The position numbers were made by a program, and so were the translations under genes. A stretch of 61,577 nt of DNA, counting the filler, from Choristocarpus tenellus KU-1152 (taxonomy: Eukaryota; Protista; Phaeophyceae), in NCBI GenBank assembly GCA_964200185.2. It is 4 parts of 4 records of this genome, joined end to end, with 100 filler letters (N's around TTAATTAATTAA, not from the genome) between each part and the next. Parts side by side here need not be neighbours in the genome. Positions count along the whole stretch, not along the records: positions 1 to 15,891 come from CAXNAD020000912.1; 3 more parts are not named here. One strand, given 5' to 3'. The notes beneath the pieces are model-generated. The model had not been told where the DNA came from. It ran no database searches and saw only the letters and a list, made by a program, of their open reading frames with translations. Shown here one piece after another: positions 1-13,400 of the stretch (positions are counted from its first letter, which is position 1; each line of letters starts with the position of its first letter).

Positions 1-245
1 ATTCATTTCCCAGCTCACCACGATTAATCACTCGATTCCACGATTGATTGTCCAGCTCACCATGATTAATTAGTCTCTTCACCACGATTAATCAGTCCGC
101 TTCGACGATTGATTTCCCAGCTAACCACGATTAATTACTTGATTCCATGATTGATTTCCCAGGAATGCCACGATTAATCAGTCGCTTCGACGATTGATTT
201 CCCAGCTAACCACGATTAATTACTTGATTCCACGATTGATTTCCC
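1..245. repeat. Minisatellite with alternating ~21-22 bp subunits (~43-bp dimer)
   Basis: Repeated CCACGATTAAT.. / CACGATTGATTTCCCAGCT units from position 1 to ~245. Confidence 0.85.
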
Positions 246-2789
246 GTTTTTCTAACAAGTGGTACAAAAACTATATTGTACCACATCAATTCTGTACCAC
301 TTTTTTCGGGCATACCGATGGGTGAACAAAATCGGGGCACCTTCTGTATGATCATTAATATTTGTCATGATTGGAAAAGAAAACTGTTGATCGTGTCGTA
401 AAATAGAGGTTTTATTGTTTTGATCCCAATGCGATGAGCTCCATCCTATACTAGCAAGTAGTTTTGAGGGCATTGCTCCCAACATACATTTGCTGGGTAC
501 TTCCTGTTGCTCAAAGTGGACAAAGTGAGGGATTGATTCAAGGTCTATACAGGTACATGGGATAAGGACTTCGTCGGTCCTTACGTTGCGTCGAAGAGGT
601 TAAACACAATGTTTTTATTTCAGAGTCGCTCATTAGATCCCAGAGTCACATTTCCTAGAAAAAAGAAATTGACCTGTTTTCTGAGATAGAACAAAAATGA
701 TACTTTTCATCCATAATGTTCTTTGCAACTTGTGAGAACCTTGTTCAATTGAGACCCCAGTGTAGTGCCATGTTTGTGCACCACATACATATGCTCTGTT
801 GACATTTTAAGGTCGATGAAAAGCACTATGTTGTCCTAGTGTACCTTCCCCCCGTTATTGTTGCAGTAACTGGTGCCTCAGAAGGGATTTTATACTTGAA
901 TGGGAATGAAGGTTGGACTGGAACTGAAGAGATGTGTGTGATTCTTGACCATTGAACATCTGTCTACGAGGTTCTATGTGATGAAGATTCTTCTACTCTG
1001 CCAAGCGGTTAACAAAACACTCTGTTACTATCTTTTAAAAAGAGCAATCTCAAAAAAATCCACAAAAATATAATCTTTTCGAAAAGATCTCTGTTCAGGG
1101 ACAAAAAGACTTGTTTCAGTTCTTAAAATCATCATCCACTAATTTCATTGCTTAATCTATGTTTATCAGAGTTCAGAAATAGATAAAAAAAATGCTTGGT
1201 CACTATTCTCATTCTTACATTTTTACAGGTTCCTATGGATATAGTCGACAAATGCGCCACCACATTGCCCCAAGCCTATCATGGACACGTTTGGGGAAGG
1301 TAGGTCCACTACATTCCATGCCTATGCAGTGCTTCCTCACTGTTGTTCTGGTGACCAGTTGCTCAAAAGAGGTTTGATGCTGCAATTAAGGACAATCGGA
1401 GTGGAAGTGGACAGCATGGATGATTCTTGATTCAGGTTCCGTTGGAAAACCTCTTAACTGCAGGGTCTTCTATGATGATCTTTTTCTAGATGCCAAACTG
1501 TCAAGCAGTGGTATCTCAATGTTCTGAAAAAACTAGAGGCTGAGGACCTAAACCAGCATAATCTGTTGGCCATCAACCACTGATCGCATGCTCTCCCCGA
1601 GTAGTCATCTCAATCTCCATGTGTCCACTTTCATCCATCTCAGGATCACACTGTATCTGTTTATCCTCCAGTCATAGGGAATCAGGGAAAGCGATCCAGC
1701 TGGGATTCAATCATACAACCTCATTGACAGTGCATTGATACACCACTGTTCCACCAGAGCAGACAGTCTCAACACTACTAATCCAGTGGATGAATGCTAA
1801 ATAATGATTCAGGTACATGCCAAGAAAAGCATGCTGTCTTCTTGTCAAGCAAGTCCCAGTGATACTATCTGAATTTTAAATGACAATTTTCGCACTCCGT
1901 CAAAGTTGAAATAAAACACTGTCGGATGGTTAGCATGCAAAAGTTTCATATCTCTCATGATATTTTAAGTTCATGTGTTTGTTGACTGTGCACGACCTCA
2001 ACACTCGAGTGACTCAATGTTCCCATCCTGTTTTTGTTCCATGAGCAAAGAAAGCCTGAAGAGTACTTAGACACATGGGGACTCTGTGATCAGATTTCTA
2101 CGCTTTGGCATCATCAACCTCACAGAGTGGATGCTCAATCATAGTGGGAAACTCTCTACAGTGTGAACAAAGTGACGTCCTGCACACTTTTATATTTGTT
2201 TCCCTGATTTTTTCTTTTTGGTTTCTTTCTTATATCCGTGCTTTCTTTTTTCTTTGTTGTGGACACCGACCCCCCATGTTGGCCTCCTTCCGTTCTTATT
2301 GGTGCACCAGGCAGGTTTGCTCATACTACTGCTACTATCTTTTCTGTTCCGTTACATTAATATTTCTTGCTTTCTTGTAGTCTATTGTGTGCATTGCATT
2401 ATTCTGTGGCTGCACAGTTCACTCAGGTAGGGGTGGTGAAGAGAATCATCAGGTAAGACAGACAAACAGACCAAGACAAACCGGTAATGGAGAGGACGAG
2501 ATTAAGGTTTGACACGAGAACAAGGACTGATGAAGTGGGGAGGACTACGGCTCAGATGGAGTTCAGACAAAAACCCTCAGAGAGAGGATATTCACCTTCA
2601 GAAAATGTGCTCAAGAAGACACATCACAGGAAGGCATGGGAAAATATTGTTCCGTAGATCATAATACGTAAACCAAAGTTTTCAGAAAAGAACCTCAATT
2701 GGTATGCCGGTAATTAATGACAACAAACAACACTGCTTTCCACATCACCCACCCTTTTGATTGATGAGCCTGAGGCCATGTAATCTATA

Positions 2790-3715
2790 TTCGTGGCCAA
2801 CTCCGCTCTGTCAGCATGCGCTGGAACCTTGTGCTCCTCCTGAAGTTGCTATCGCCATCCCCACTGATACACCTCACCACCACCCCTTCTTGAACCATCT
2901 CGTCGATGTAGGTGGCGATGGCCGCGACAACGGCATCCTTCGTACGCAGAACCATCACGCGCTTCTCCCGGCTGGCCTCGTCCACAAACACCTGAAAGTA
3001 CTTCATGCCCGTCACATCCGGATCGAAGGGTCCCTCCAGGTCTGTGTGCACCAACTCCCCCAACGTCTTGGGCCTGCGGTCACTCTTTGCGTAAGTGAGT
3101 GCCTCGGACTTGCGCTCCTTGCATACCTGGCTGTGGAGCTCCGAGGCAACTTTAGAATCTGCGATGTCCAGGAGGCCGCGCTTTTCCAGGTGCTTGATTG
3201 CGAATGTGTTGTGCCAGTCGGAGAGGGAGAGACGCTGCTGCTTATTGGCGTAGCTAGCATTGGCTGTCGTCGGCCCTTCTTCCCTTTTTCATGTGAAACT
3301 GGGCTAGCAGCATCAGGAAGGCTCCCCTCTCCTCCAAATGGATCTTGGCTGCCCCCTTGTTAGGCTGGATGTAGCTGTTCCTGATTCCTGCGTCCACGAA
3401 CTCACCTCCCTTGCGCCGCACGCTGCCTGTGCTGAGAAGTCTACATGGCAGACCCGATAGCCAGAGCATATCCAGGAGAACAATCGTGGTCGGCGTGCCC
3501 GTCTCGTCAGTTGCCTCCAGGACCATCTCGCCGGTCGCTCGAGCGTCCAGCGTACCCATGTTTCCGAAGGTACAGATGCGGGTGATAGCTTTTGCTGCAG
3601 TGAGGTCCTGCAGTCGGGGAGTGAGGTGCACATTTGCACCCGATTTGCATAGGAGGCTGATGGTCTTGGACAGATCTTGAGATGAAGCCAGGAGGGCTGC
3701 CTCGACAATCCTGTT
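2790..3715 (-). mobile_element. Ty1/Copia pol fragment (protease, pre-integrase, integrase N-half), degenerate
   Basis: Protease-like LLCKSGANVHLT (DSGA motif decayed) and LPCRLLSTGSV. Integrase LVHTDLEGPF..YFQVFVDEASR..CISGDG. Frameshifted; same family as 10403-13366. Confidence 0.88.
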
Positions 3716-3756
3716 GTACACATCCTCCCCTTAAGAAACGTTCATGGCCAGAAAAA

Positions 3757-3826
3757 CTCACTCCGCTAATTAGTTCATCCATACCACATAAAGCTTTTAC
3801 TCTATTCGAACAGCTCTTTTTGCACA
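3757..3826 (+). repeat. 3' (U5) end of a Copia LTR, inverted relative to the adjacent pol fragment
   Basis: CTCACTCCGCTAATTAGTTCATCCATACC...CTCTATTCGAACAGCTCTTTTTGCACA matches the end of the LTR at 13367-13715. Confidence 0.8.
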
Positions 3827-4042
3827 ATTTTGATAAAGAAGTCGATTTGTTACGATAAAGGAGTCCATACCCTTAAGAAAAAGAGGTGCCCCCGTACTTT
3901 GGAGTCCAAATGAGGAGCGTACAATGTCATGTGGGAATCACGGTATTACCAACACCATATTAACATTGCAAACGAGGAATCTACATTGTTTCTACACACA
4001 AGCTGTTCTGTTCGTGGAATCTCCCTTTCCAAGTTGTTTGTT

Positions 4043-7000
4043 TGATACCTATTAGGAAGCACTCAAAGCAAAAGATGGACTGGATATTGATCTGTAGCCA
4101 AAAGATCACTCTCCGTAAACTGCAAGGACTCTCCCCATTGTAGGGCTTGGAAAATCTCTATTCAAAAAAATTCATGGAGTGAACTTTATGTCGTTGACGG
4201 GTGTTCAAGTCTATTATTATTATTATTATTAATATTAATATTTTTCTGTTAAACCAACTTTCATTCCTCTGCATATGCCTACCAGCATGAAACTCCGACC
4301 ACGTTGCGTCCCGTCATGGCTTGTCCACAACACCTCCAGAATTCAGACCAGCTACCAAGCCGAATATCTATGGCTCATATCAACCCACGCAGAATCAGAA
4401 AAGAATTATACAATCATACCTACCCCACAGCACACCACAAATGTTAGGATGCATCTCAAGTGTTTAAAGAGGAAAGTGGGTGCTGCCTCCTGAATTTTCG
4501 AAACAGGCACCCACTTAGCAACGATTACTTATCCTTACAAAAACTAATCTAATCAACAAACGCTTCATATTCCTAATCCCACCAGATAAGTCAGCAATGT
4601 TAGACATTTCAACCTCTCTCTAGATTTGTAGATGATTGAAAGTGTGCTTGAGGTTGGTCGTGATGTCCAGTTGTTAATCAGAGTACAACAACAGTGTGGA
4701 TACATTAAATGCTGTAGCACATCATTGATGATGATGTGGACCTCGTAGATGGGTGTCTCTGTGCCAACGACACTCCAGGGTCTCGTCCATATGTTCACCA
4801 TTATGCGCCTTGAGCCCCCCCCGCCTATGTACACAAGCCTCCATGACAAATTCACCAAGGGAGAAATTGGGTATTTTTTCACGGCTGGCACCACATAGTT
4901 GATACTGCCAATTACCGTCAACCCTCTGTACCACTTTCTTGTGCAGTTCTTGAATCTGAATCAATCTTGATACTTGTCGATCTGCTCTTGACTCAGTGGT
5001 ACCGTACGTCACATACTATCCTGCGAACTTGTCAATGTTAAGACATGGCAGTCTTCGGTGCATGTCCATACATCATATGATATGGACTTGATTCATAAAA
5101 CGCTATCTTAATGCAGTGAGTGTTGAGTGGCAATTTTCAGCACTCCTAAAAGATCCACCCAATCAGTTACTGGGCGATGACATTCATTATGTGCAAAAAG
5201 AGCTGTTCAAATAGAGTTTTTGCTTTATGTAGATGAATTTATTAGCGGAGTGAGCACCATCCTTCAAGGTGGGGGGGGGGGGGTGCTCTGCCTCGTTATC
5301 TACTGTGGCAGGTCAGCGGACACGTGAGAACGTTTTTTTGTCATTTGCACTACGTCACTCGTTCTGCGTCAGTCATAGCTCTGCGTCAGCTACTAAAATT
5401 AAGCAGAAATAAAAAATCAACCCATTGAGATTCAAACCTCTTACTCTAACGCACGGAAACAAGTTGTTGACACTCACTCCACTCAGTCAACATTTCTGTT
5501 ACATAGTGCTGGGTACAAAACAAATAAGAACCTATAGATTACAAGCCTATATTGCACATGAAGCAAATAAGTTCATTCATACCACATAAAGCAAAAACTC
5601 TATTTGAACAGCTCTTTTTGCACACATTAATCAGCGCTTTCATTGTCCTGATCACTTCACGCATTATGCGCGCTCAACAGTTCCATTTGTTCAAGGCAAA
5701 GTGGTTATATCAAACTCGTGATCTACTCCAAACAACACATGATATGAAGTGGATTGATAAAACGCGATCTTGAGTGAATGTTGAGTGGCCATTTCACCAC
5801 TCCTACAAGAATTAATTAGCATTTTCATTGTCCTGATCACTTCATGTATCATGCGCGCTCAACAGTTCCAATTTTTCCAGGGGAATTGGCTACAGCGAAC
5901 TTCTGATCCATTCCAAATGATTCTCTTCTTGGAAGCTGATTCTTGAAGCAACTTGCTGTAATATCAATCACCCATATGCTTAGCATACCAATGGTTGAAC
6001 GCCATTTCATAAGGTATCACGCTGTGAGGTCGGCATTGTAGGTTTCTGTAGGCTCCAACCATGTTGCCTGAACATTCAATCAATTTCCAGAACAACATCG
6101 TCCGCATCTGAACCACAAATGATGATATCATCGTAGCGTTGAGCAATCCTTGATTGAGGAACACCAGTAGGTTGCAACAGACCATCTGAGTTCTCTAGAG
6201 TGTAAAATCTCCTGGCCGTCCATAGCCAGAGGAAGAAGCTAGTAACTTTTGAACAGGTTCAATGTTGCAAAATAAAGAGCTGCCTGAAGCTTGGAAATCC
6301 TGGATTCCAGATTGGTCATGGGAAAGGAGCATTTCTCTGTCTTGTGATTCATAGCACCGTTGTTTGTCACTAATCAAAAACCCCCAACCCCCAGGCTTGC
6401 GGATTGGCATGGCAGGGCTACTCCAAACGGACTGTGGATTCCAGAGCAATATTCCCAAATTCACAAGTATACCACCTCCCTTCCTTTACTGGGCCATCAA
6501 ACTCCTCAGGCACTCTCGCTCGAGCGGGTATTTTCCACGATCATTTTGAACAGTCAAATCTGTACTATTGATGGATATCTGAAGATCTTCTGTCACGGTC
6601 TGGTTACCAACAATGTTCACATCATGCTCAGTCACTAGGCGTCACTGCAAAAAGTTGATTCTTGAACACCGATATCCAAATTGGATAGGCAAGCATGCGA
6701 GTTGGAATTACGACTGTTGATCACGAGAGTGGTGCCATATGTGACACTAACTTCGATATGATGGGAGGCAGAATGAGACACTGCCATACCTCCATAATGT
6801 CCCTTGACCTCACGGTCTTCCACTAGCCCCTCTGTAATGTTTGTCATCACGCTGTTGAGCAGGAACTTGGTACCTTAAGTGTCTTACCTGCCACATCAAT
6901 GCCAGGTGGGGTAAGATCACTTACTCCACGATATATGTATGCCATTGCCTGAACTTGCACTCCATCCTCTCGCAAAGACTTCATGAGCCTTGACACTGTC

Positions 7001-8955
7001 ATGAGGTACATTACCGTAATGGAATCAGGAGGAAGCGGTGGAGTATCTTCATAATCCGTGCCACCAACTTGGAGAGACCTGCCCCTGCCCCCCTGTACCA
7101 ATTCCTATTTCCTAGTTCACAGTAGGAGGTTGTATTTTTTTACCTTGACGACTGTGAATTCCTTGAGAAGTACCAAGATAACTTAGATCTCCTGCAGGTG
7201 GAAGGAAATGTCTGTGTGCCGTTGCTCAATTTCCTTAGCTGGACCCACCTGAAAATGCTTGTGGCCTCTGTCCATAAATATCCTGAGCATGTTGCCTGTC
7301 AACAACATACACAGGGATGTTGGATTGACCTTGCTTTGGTTGTCGCCAATTTTGCTACATCTGAAGCAAGGGATTGCAGGTTTCTCTTCTTGTCTTGGGT
7401 TTGATTCTTGTCACCTGCACTTTCAGGTTTATCTTTTCCTGAATCCTGTTTCTTGGACTGCTCCCCTGTCTGACTCCTGTCGTGATGTTTCTCTTTGCGG
7501 CCTTCCATAGCAACAATATTCTCATACTCCTTGAATTTCTGGGCATGTCGTTTCACCAGCTTACCAGCTTGACAACTTGTAGAAGTCATTCTTCATACTT
7601 TGTATCATGAGCTACCTCACCCATCGCTCTCTTTTTAAAAGTGAGAGGGTAAGTAAGACACGCAAGAATTCTTCGAACATAGGCTACTCATCCTTTGTGT
7701 ACTTGATACAATACAGTATCACCTGTTCATGCTAACTATTATGGAACACTCGACATCTGTCAAACATACAAGCACAGTATATGTGCCACATAAAGTGTTT
7801 TAGATATAAATTCAAGTTTGTTTTTCTTTTGATCTTCACATCAAACCAACCCATCACTCGCGTCTCATATGTTGATAATTATTTTTCTGACTGGCATTGC
7901 CCCCTTCGAAGACATCAAGCTAGCTCACTCTGCGCTAAATGTACCTGATACACAACTGGATGTCATATATTAAGAGTTAAAACATTCTAAAAAATCCTTC
8001 TTCACGATGTGCAAAGCCTCTACTCAGAGCATACTTCTTTCTTTGACTATGAAGATCATGTCACTAGATTCATAAGCTAGAATTTACTGTCGGTTCATTG
8101 AACTATGACACCCCTTCACCACAAACAACCTGCCACTGTACAAGAGCATGATTTATTCAATCCCAAGCTTCAACAAGAATATAACTTGAGATAAGACCTA
8201 GGAGGGACCTTCCTTCAACTCACCTCCTTCATTAAGAAAATGATCCGCCAGGTTGCAGTTCTCAATGTGTAATATAGGAACTTGCTCTTGCTAAGTCCTT
8301 ACAATGATTTCAGAGATGATCTTGGACGGACCGGACCTTCCACCAACTCACCTCCTTGGTCAAGAAAGTAACTATTATTTTCTCTTGGCTCATTCCTGAG
8401 TCCAAAGCCTCCTTCAAACTGACCATCACCACTCGCATGCCATCTTTGCCATGCTGGATGTGCACACTCGATTTGTACGCGCATCTTGCTGTCAAAAAGT
8501 TGCATACATGCTCCTGGGTTAGGTCCTCCAACCTCCAGGTCTTAATATTACCTACATGCAACGCTGATATGTTGAAAGATCGAAATAAGTTTCTTTCCTC
8601 GTGTGAGGGCTCACCTTCAGACATCATAGTGCCTTCTTCCTCGATCACTTAGATGATCTTGGTCGCGGTGTGCACTAACCCCACCTCAACAAGCTCTGCG
8701 GTCAATTAACCACCTGATAGATCAAATCATGTGCCCCACTCTACGACGTATGGCCAGGTCCAAGAATTCAATCGAAATATGATCATCTATACCCAAATGA
8801 TTATTCAGCTTACAAGGACTCCCTCCGTTGTAAAGTCTCGCAGGATATGCAGTCGAAGACTTTTGGGGAGTGAATCCTCATCGTCTTGATGAGAGTCCTA
8901 CTCTATTATTATTGTGTCTGTTAAACCGACTTTCATTCCTCTGCATATGCCTACA
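4043..8955 (-). mobile_element. Degenerate Ty3/Gypsy LTR retrotransposon
   Basis: Diverged direct repeats at ~4043-4284 and ~8715-8955 share CTGTTAAACC.ACTTTCATTCCTCTGCATATGCCTAC (TGTAGG.. start on - strand); outer limits approximate. gag-like ORF pieces 8650-7300. RT motifs WSSPAMPIRKPGG, QGLLNAT, YDDII. Integrase ..MREVIRTMKALINECHRPVTDWVDLL and C-terminal FSLGEFVMEACV..WTRPWSVV. RT precedes IN, the Gypsy order. Confidence 0.82.
5190..5624. mobile_element. Copia LTR-derived insertion (full - strand LTR 5190-5558 plus inverted U5 fragment ~5566-5624) with 5-bp TSD CATTA
   Basis: CATTA at 5185-5189 and 5625-5629. Removing the insert and one TSD restores the Gypsy integrase frame ..KALINECHRPVTDW.. 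Confidence 0.88.
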
Positions 8956-9208
8956 ATGCATGTATCAATATAAGAGAGGTCGATATAAGAGAAAATGGAA
9001 TATAGCCTTCCTTTTCTATAACCTTGCCTGAAACAAATCCCAAGTCACTCGAAAAGCAGGCATCAAATTGGGGTATCTTGGGACACCCCATCAAGCCTCG
9101 AATGGACAATCTAGGCTAAACACCCCCCCCTTCTAAGATACTTGTGCAATATAGGCTGGTAGTCTGTAGGTTTGGAGCCATGGATTCGAGTATCGACGGG
9201 CTCGTTCG

Positions 9209-9570
9209 TGTGCAAAAGAGCTGTTCAAATAGAATTTTTGCTTTATATGGTATGAATGAATTTATTAGCGGAGTGAGCACCATCCCTCGAGGTGGGGGGG
9301 TCTCTGCCTCGTTATCTATTGCGCACATCAGCAGACACTTCAGAACGTGTCTGTATAAGTCGCACTACGTCACTCGTTCTGTGTCAGTCGTCCTGCGTCA
9401 GCTACTTATAATATGCAGAAATAAAAAATATAAATCTTCAAGACTCGAACTAGTTATTCTATCATCGGAATCAAGTTCTTGATACTAACTCCAGTCTGTC
9501 AACATTTCTGTTAGGTAATATTGGATACCAAACACATAAGAACCTAAAGACTACCAGCCTATATTGCACA
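9209..9570 (-). repeat. Copia LTR (minus strand)
   Basis: TGTGCAA...TTGCACA termini; homologous to 5190-5558, 9998-10402 and 13367-13715. A short + strand U3 stub (TGTGCAATATAGGCTGGTAG) lies at 9143-9175. Confidence 0.9.
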
Positions 9571-10402
9571 AGAAGTACATGTCACGCAGCTTCATCTCGA
9601 GAGATATGAACTGCATGGGCCGCTGCACCGTAGCGTGCCCCCCATAGATCTGCTCCAACTCGATCCAGGCTGCCCTCCCGTCTGGGCTGCCATTATTTTC
9701 GTGGGTGCTGACCACCATCGCTGCGGCCCCCCCGTGGCCTGGCCCTGTACCAACCATAAGGCCTCACGATACTTGACCTACCCCTTGTACACGCTGCGTT
9801 CCCCGAACGATGTATCCGCCGTAAGAGGTGCAGGAATGTGGTACGCTGGTTGGAGGATGCAGTACGGTCCCTTGCCGCCTACATAGCTCACCAGCGCCAT
9901 CCGCCATTCTGCCCACTTCTCCCTTGTATGCCCACATGCGCCACTCCATAGTGGCAGCTTACGTGGGTCCGCTTTCATACCTGTGAGACTCATAACCTGT
10001 TCAAAAGGGCTGTTCAAATAGAGTTTTTGCCTTACGTGATATGAATGGATTTATCAGCGGAGTGAGCACAATTTCTCGAAGTAGGGGGTGCTCTACCTCG
10101 TAATCTATTGCACACGTCAGCAGACACGTCAGAACGTGTCTGTGTCAGTCGCACTACACCATTCGTTCTGTGTCACTAGTGTTATGTAGTCGTTTTATGT
10201 CAGTCGTAGCTTCGTCAGTCGTCTTGCGTCAGCCACTTGCGTCAAGCAGCAATAAGAAATCAAGTCATCGAGATTCGAACCTATTACTCTAAGCATACCG
10301 AAACAAGTGACTGATAATTGATCCACTCAGTCAACATCTCTGTTACATAATACTGGTTACCAAACCCTTAAAAACCTATTTACTACCAGTCTATATTGTA
10401 CA
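9571..10402 (-). mobile_element. Truncated Copia 5' end: LTR (9998-10402), PBS, first ~430 bp of gag
   Basis: PBS GGTTATGAGTCTCA follows the LTR directly on the - strand (9997 downward). gag MKADPRKLPLWSG..KWAEWRMALVSYVGGK..DGRAAWIELEQIYGG. Confidence 0.88.
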
Positions 10403-13400
10403 GGGCATACAAGGGAGAAGTGGGCAGAATGGCGGATGGCGCTGGTGAGCTATGTGGGCGGCAAGAGACTGTACCGCATCCTCCGACCAGCATACCACAT
10501 CAGCGGGTACGACATTTGGGGAACGCACCGCGTACGACGAGTACCTCAAGCATCGCGAGGCCTTGTGGTTCCTGCTGCGCCAGGCCACGAGGGGGGCCGC
10601 AGCGATGGTGGTCAGCACCCTCAAAAATAACAGCAGCCTCGACGGGAGGGCAGTCTGGCTCGAGTTGGAGCAGATCTATGCCCTCCAGCGGTCCATGCAA
10701 CTCATAGCTCTCGACATAAAGCTGCAGGACATGTACTGTTCGTTGGTGGTGGAGGACGCTGCCGACTTCGTCATCCGTCTCGATCATGTCTGGACAAAGC
10801 CATCGCTGCCTACATCCATGATATGGTTCGAGAAGTAATGGGGGTGACGTGCATCAGTGGGGATGGCGCCGGCGAGTTCGGGAGAACGTAAGGTTCCAGC
10901 GCATGCCGACAGAGCGGGGCGTGAAATGGTGCCAGACCCCCCTCACGCACGCCCTATAGAGCAAACAGGTTATGCAAGCAGCGCGCAGTCACCTGATCCA
11001 GGCTGGACCGGGGAAGGAGTTCTAGTTCTTCGCGGTGGCAGACGCCACATACAAGACCACAGGGATGCCACACGAGTAACTGGGCGGTGAGACACCATGC
11101 GAGCGCCTGACCAGCAAGTTGTTCAACTACAAGTGGCTCGGTGAGTTCGGGACGAAGTGCTTCGTGCATCAGACCAAACAACAGTGCGGTGCCAATTCCA
11201 AGTTCCACCCGTACGCAAAGCGGGGGATCCTCGTCGGGCACGACAGGGCATCCCTGTGCTGGCATGTGTAGATCCCGCAAGAAGGTGAGATGGTGACCTC
11301 CGTGCAAAGAAGATTCAACCGGAAGCCGAACTGTTGGAATTGGTGGGGGAGCCAGAGTTGGACATACTGAGGGAGTCGGAGCATGACGACGCCATGAACA
11401 TTGACGGCAACGGCGAAGAGGAGGTGTCCGCAGCAGGGGTGAGTCAAACGTGGCTGGGCAAGCGGGCGGGAGCATTGGGCGTGGGACTCAAGATGCAAAA
11501 CGCTCAGTACCCAATCAAAGTCAACAGGTTTCTTGCAGGATGGGACAACACCAGCAAATGGATAGGTCAGCGCAGATAGTGGCCAAGCACCTGGCCCCAC
11601 ACTCTGGACAGTGGGGATCTTCCCAGCTGGAGAGCGCCAGCGGGTGGACTACACATCCCAGCTATGCAACCTGGAGGAGGGCGAAGAAACGGACATGAAC
11701 CTCTTCGTGTCAACTCTCATACAGCAGAACAACGTGACGTGTACTGCATTATGAGTCCCATGGGGGAGGTGGCAACAGGTGCAGACGAGCTGTCTACAAC
11801 GAAGGAGACCCTGAGGGGGTCGGTTGCGGAGCAGTGGCAGGAGGCCATGGAGAAGGAAATGGCAGAGCTATGGCAGAAGGGAACGTTTGGCGACAAGGCC
11901 CTGCCCCAAGGGAGGAAGGCGATCAAGACGCGATTCGTCTTCAAAATCAAGCGCTCTGTGGATGGGACAATGGAACGCTATAAGGCGTGACTCGTGGCCC
12001 GCGGCTTCACCCAAAACGCAGGTGTGGACTTCTTCGAAACCTTCAGCCTGGCGGTGGGGTATGACACACTATGGTGCATCATATCCGTCGCAGCGTACAG
12101 AGGTTGGAGCATCGACGCCCTGGACTTCACACAGGCCTACCTCAACGCAGACCTACTGTAGGATGTCTGGCTGGAGCTTCCAGACGGCCGCACCGTCAAG
12201 GCAGAGAAGGTAATCTATGGGCTGAAGTAGTTAGCCATGAGTGGTATAACGAGCTACACGGCACCATCCTGACAGAAGGGTGGATGAGCAGCCAACACGA
12301 CGAATGCCTCTACTTCAGGAAGAGTGAAGACGGACGCATCGCCATCCTCACCACCTACTTAGACGACACTGCCACCACTGGGGACTTCACGGAGGAGATC
12401 CAGTGGATGAGGGCATCGCTGCAGAAGAAGTACGAGGGGCAGGACCTAGGCACGCCGGACAAGCTGATTGAGGTGGGCATCGCTGTGGGTGCGGACGGCA
12501 TCACCCTGGATCAATAGCTATACGCGGAGAGCATCATCATGGCCGGAATGGGCTCCATGGAAGTGCGGGAATCATCTACACCACTCCACACTGGCATGGA
12601 CCTCTCTGCCAGGCACGACAACGAGGAGGAACTGAATCGCACCATCTACCTCTATACCAGCGGCTAACTCATGTTTCTAACAGGCATGACTTGCCCAGAC
12701 CTGGCCAACAGCGTTCGTGAGCTGGGGCGCAGGGCGTCTCTATGCGTGTGGTACTGGCGTGAACTGCAACACGTTCTACGCTACATAGCAGGGACACTGG
12801 ATGTCTGCATTCAGTATGGTCGGGGGACTGGCGATATGGACGGAGGGGACGGTGAACTCTTGGTGGGGTATGGAGATTCCAACTGGGGCACCGACTCCCA
12901 AACACGCAGGAAGGAGTGTCACGTACTACCTACTACTGTTCAAAGGATCGCCGATCGCCTGACGCTCCAAGCTTTAAGACGCCGTCACCCTCTCCAGCTA
13001 GGAGGCAGATTGAACGGCAATTGCATACGGCATGCGCCACTGCATTTTCCTTCGAGATATTCTGGGGGAGATCGGTGCACTGCAGGACCAGACTCCCTGG
13101 TTCTGTGACAACCGTGGTGCTATCCAGGCGGGTAGCATCACAGGTTTCAACGGAAGAACGAAGCACGTGGACATGAAACTGAAAAGCACCAGAGAATACG
13201 TGGACCAGGGTCTGTTCCACGTAGAATACGTTCCTACATCCAAATAGCTGGCCGACATTTTGACCAAGTCTTTGCGCAAGAGCCTTACTTCTGATTTTGT
13301 GCATACCTTGCTTTCGCGTCGGGGGTGAGCTTTTGTCAGCAACTTTGCCGCACGCTTGTGAGGGAGTGTGCAATATAGGCTGGTAGTCTGAAGGGTTTTC

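Noticed and set aside
1-245. Short regularly spaced repeats resembling a CRISPR array
   Set aside because: No unique spacers, no cas genes and a eukaryotic context; it is a minisatellite.
1229-1600. Possible exon (AG|VPMDIVDKCATTLPQAYHGHVWG|GT) and downstream coding-like text
   Set aside because: Cannot be linked into a gene model; downstream frames contain stops and no motif is recognised.
2761-3363. 200-aa + strand ORF and similar antisense ORFs over the Copia copies
   Set aside because: Shadow ORFs of GC-rich retrotransposon coding sequence on the opposite strand.
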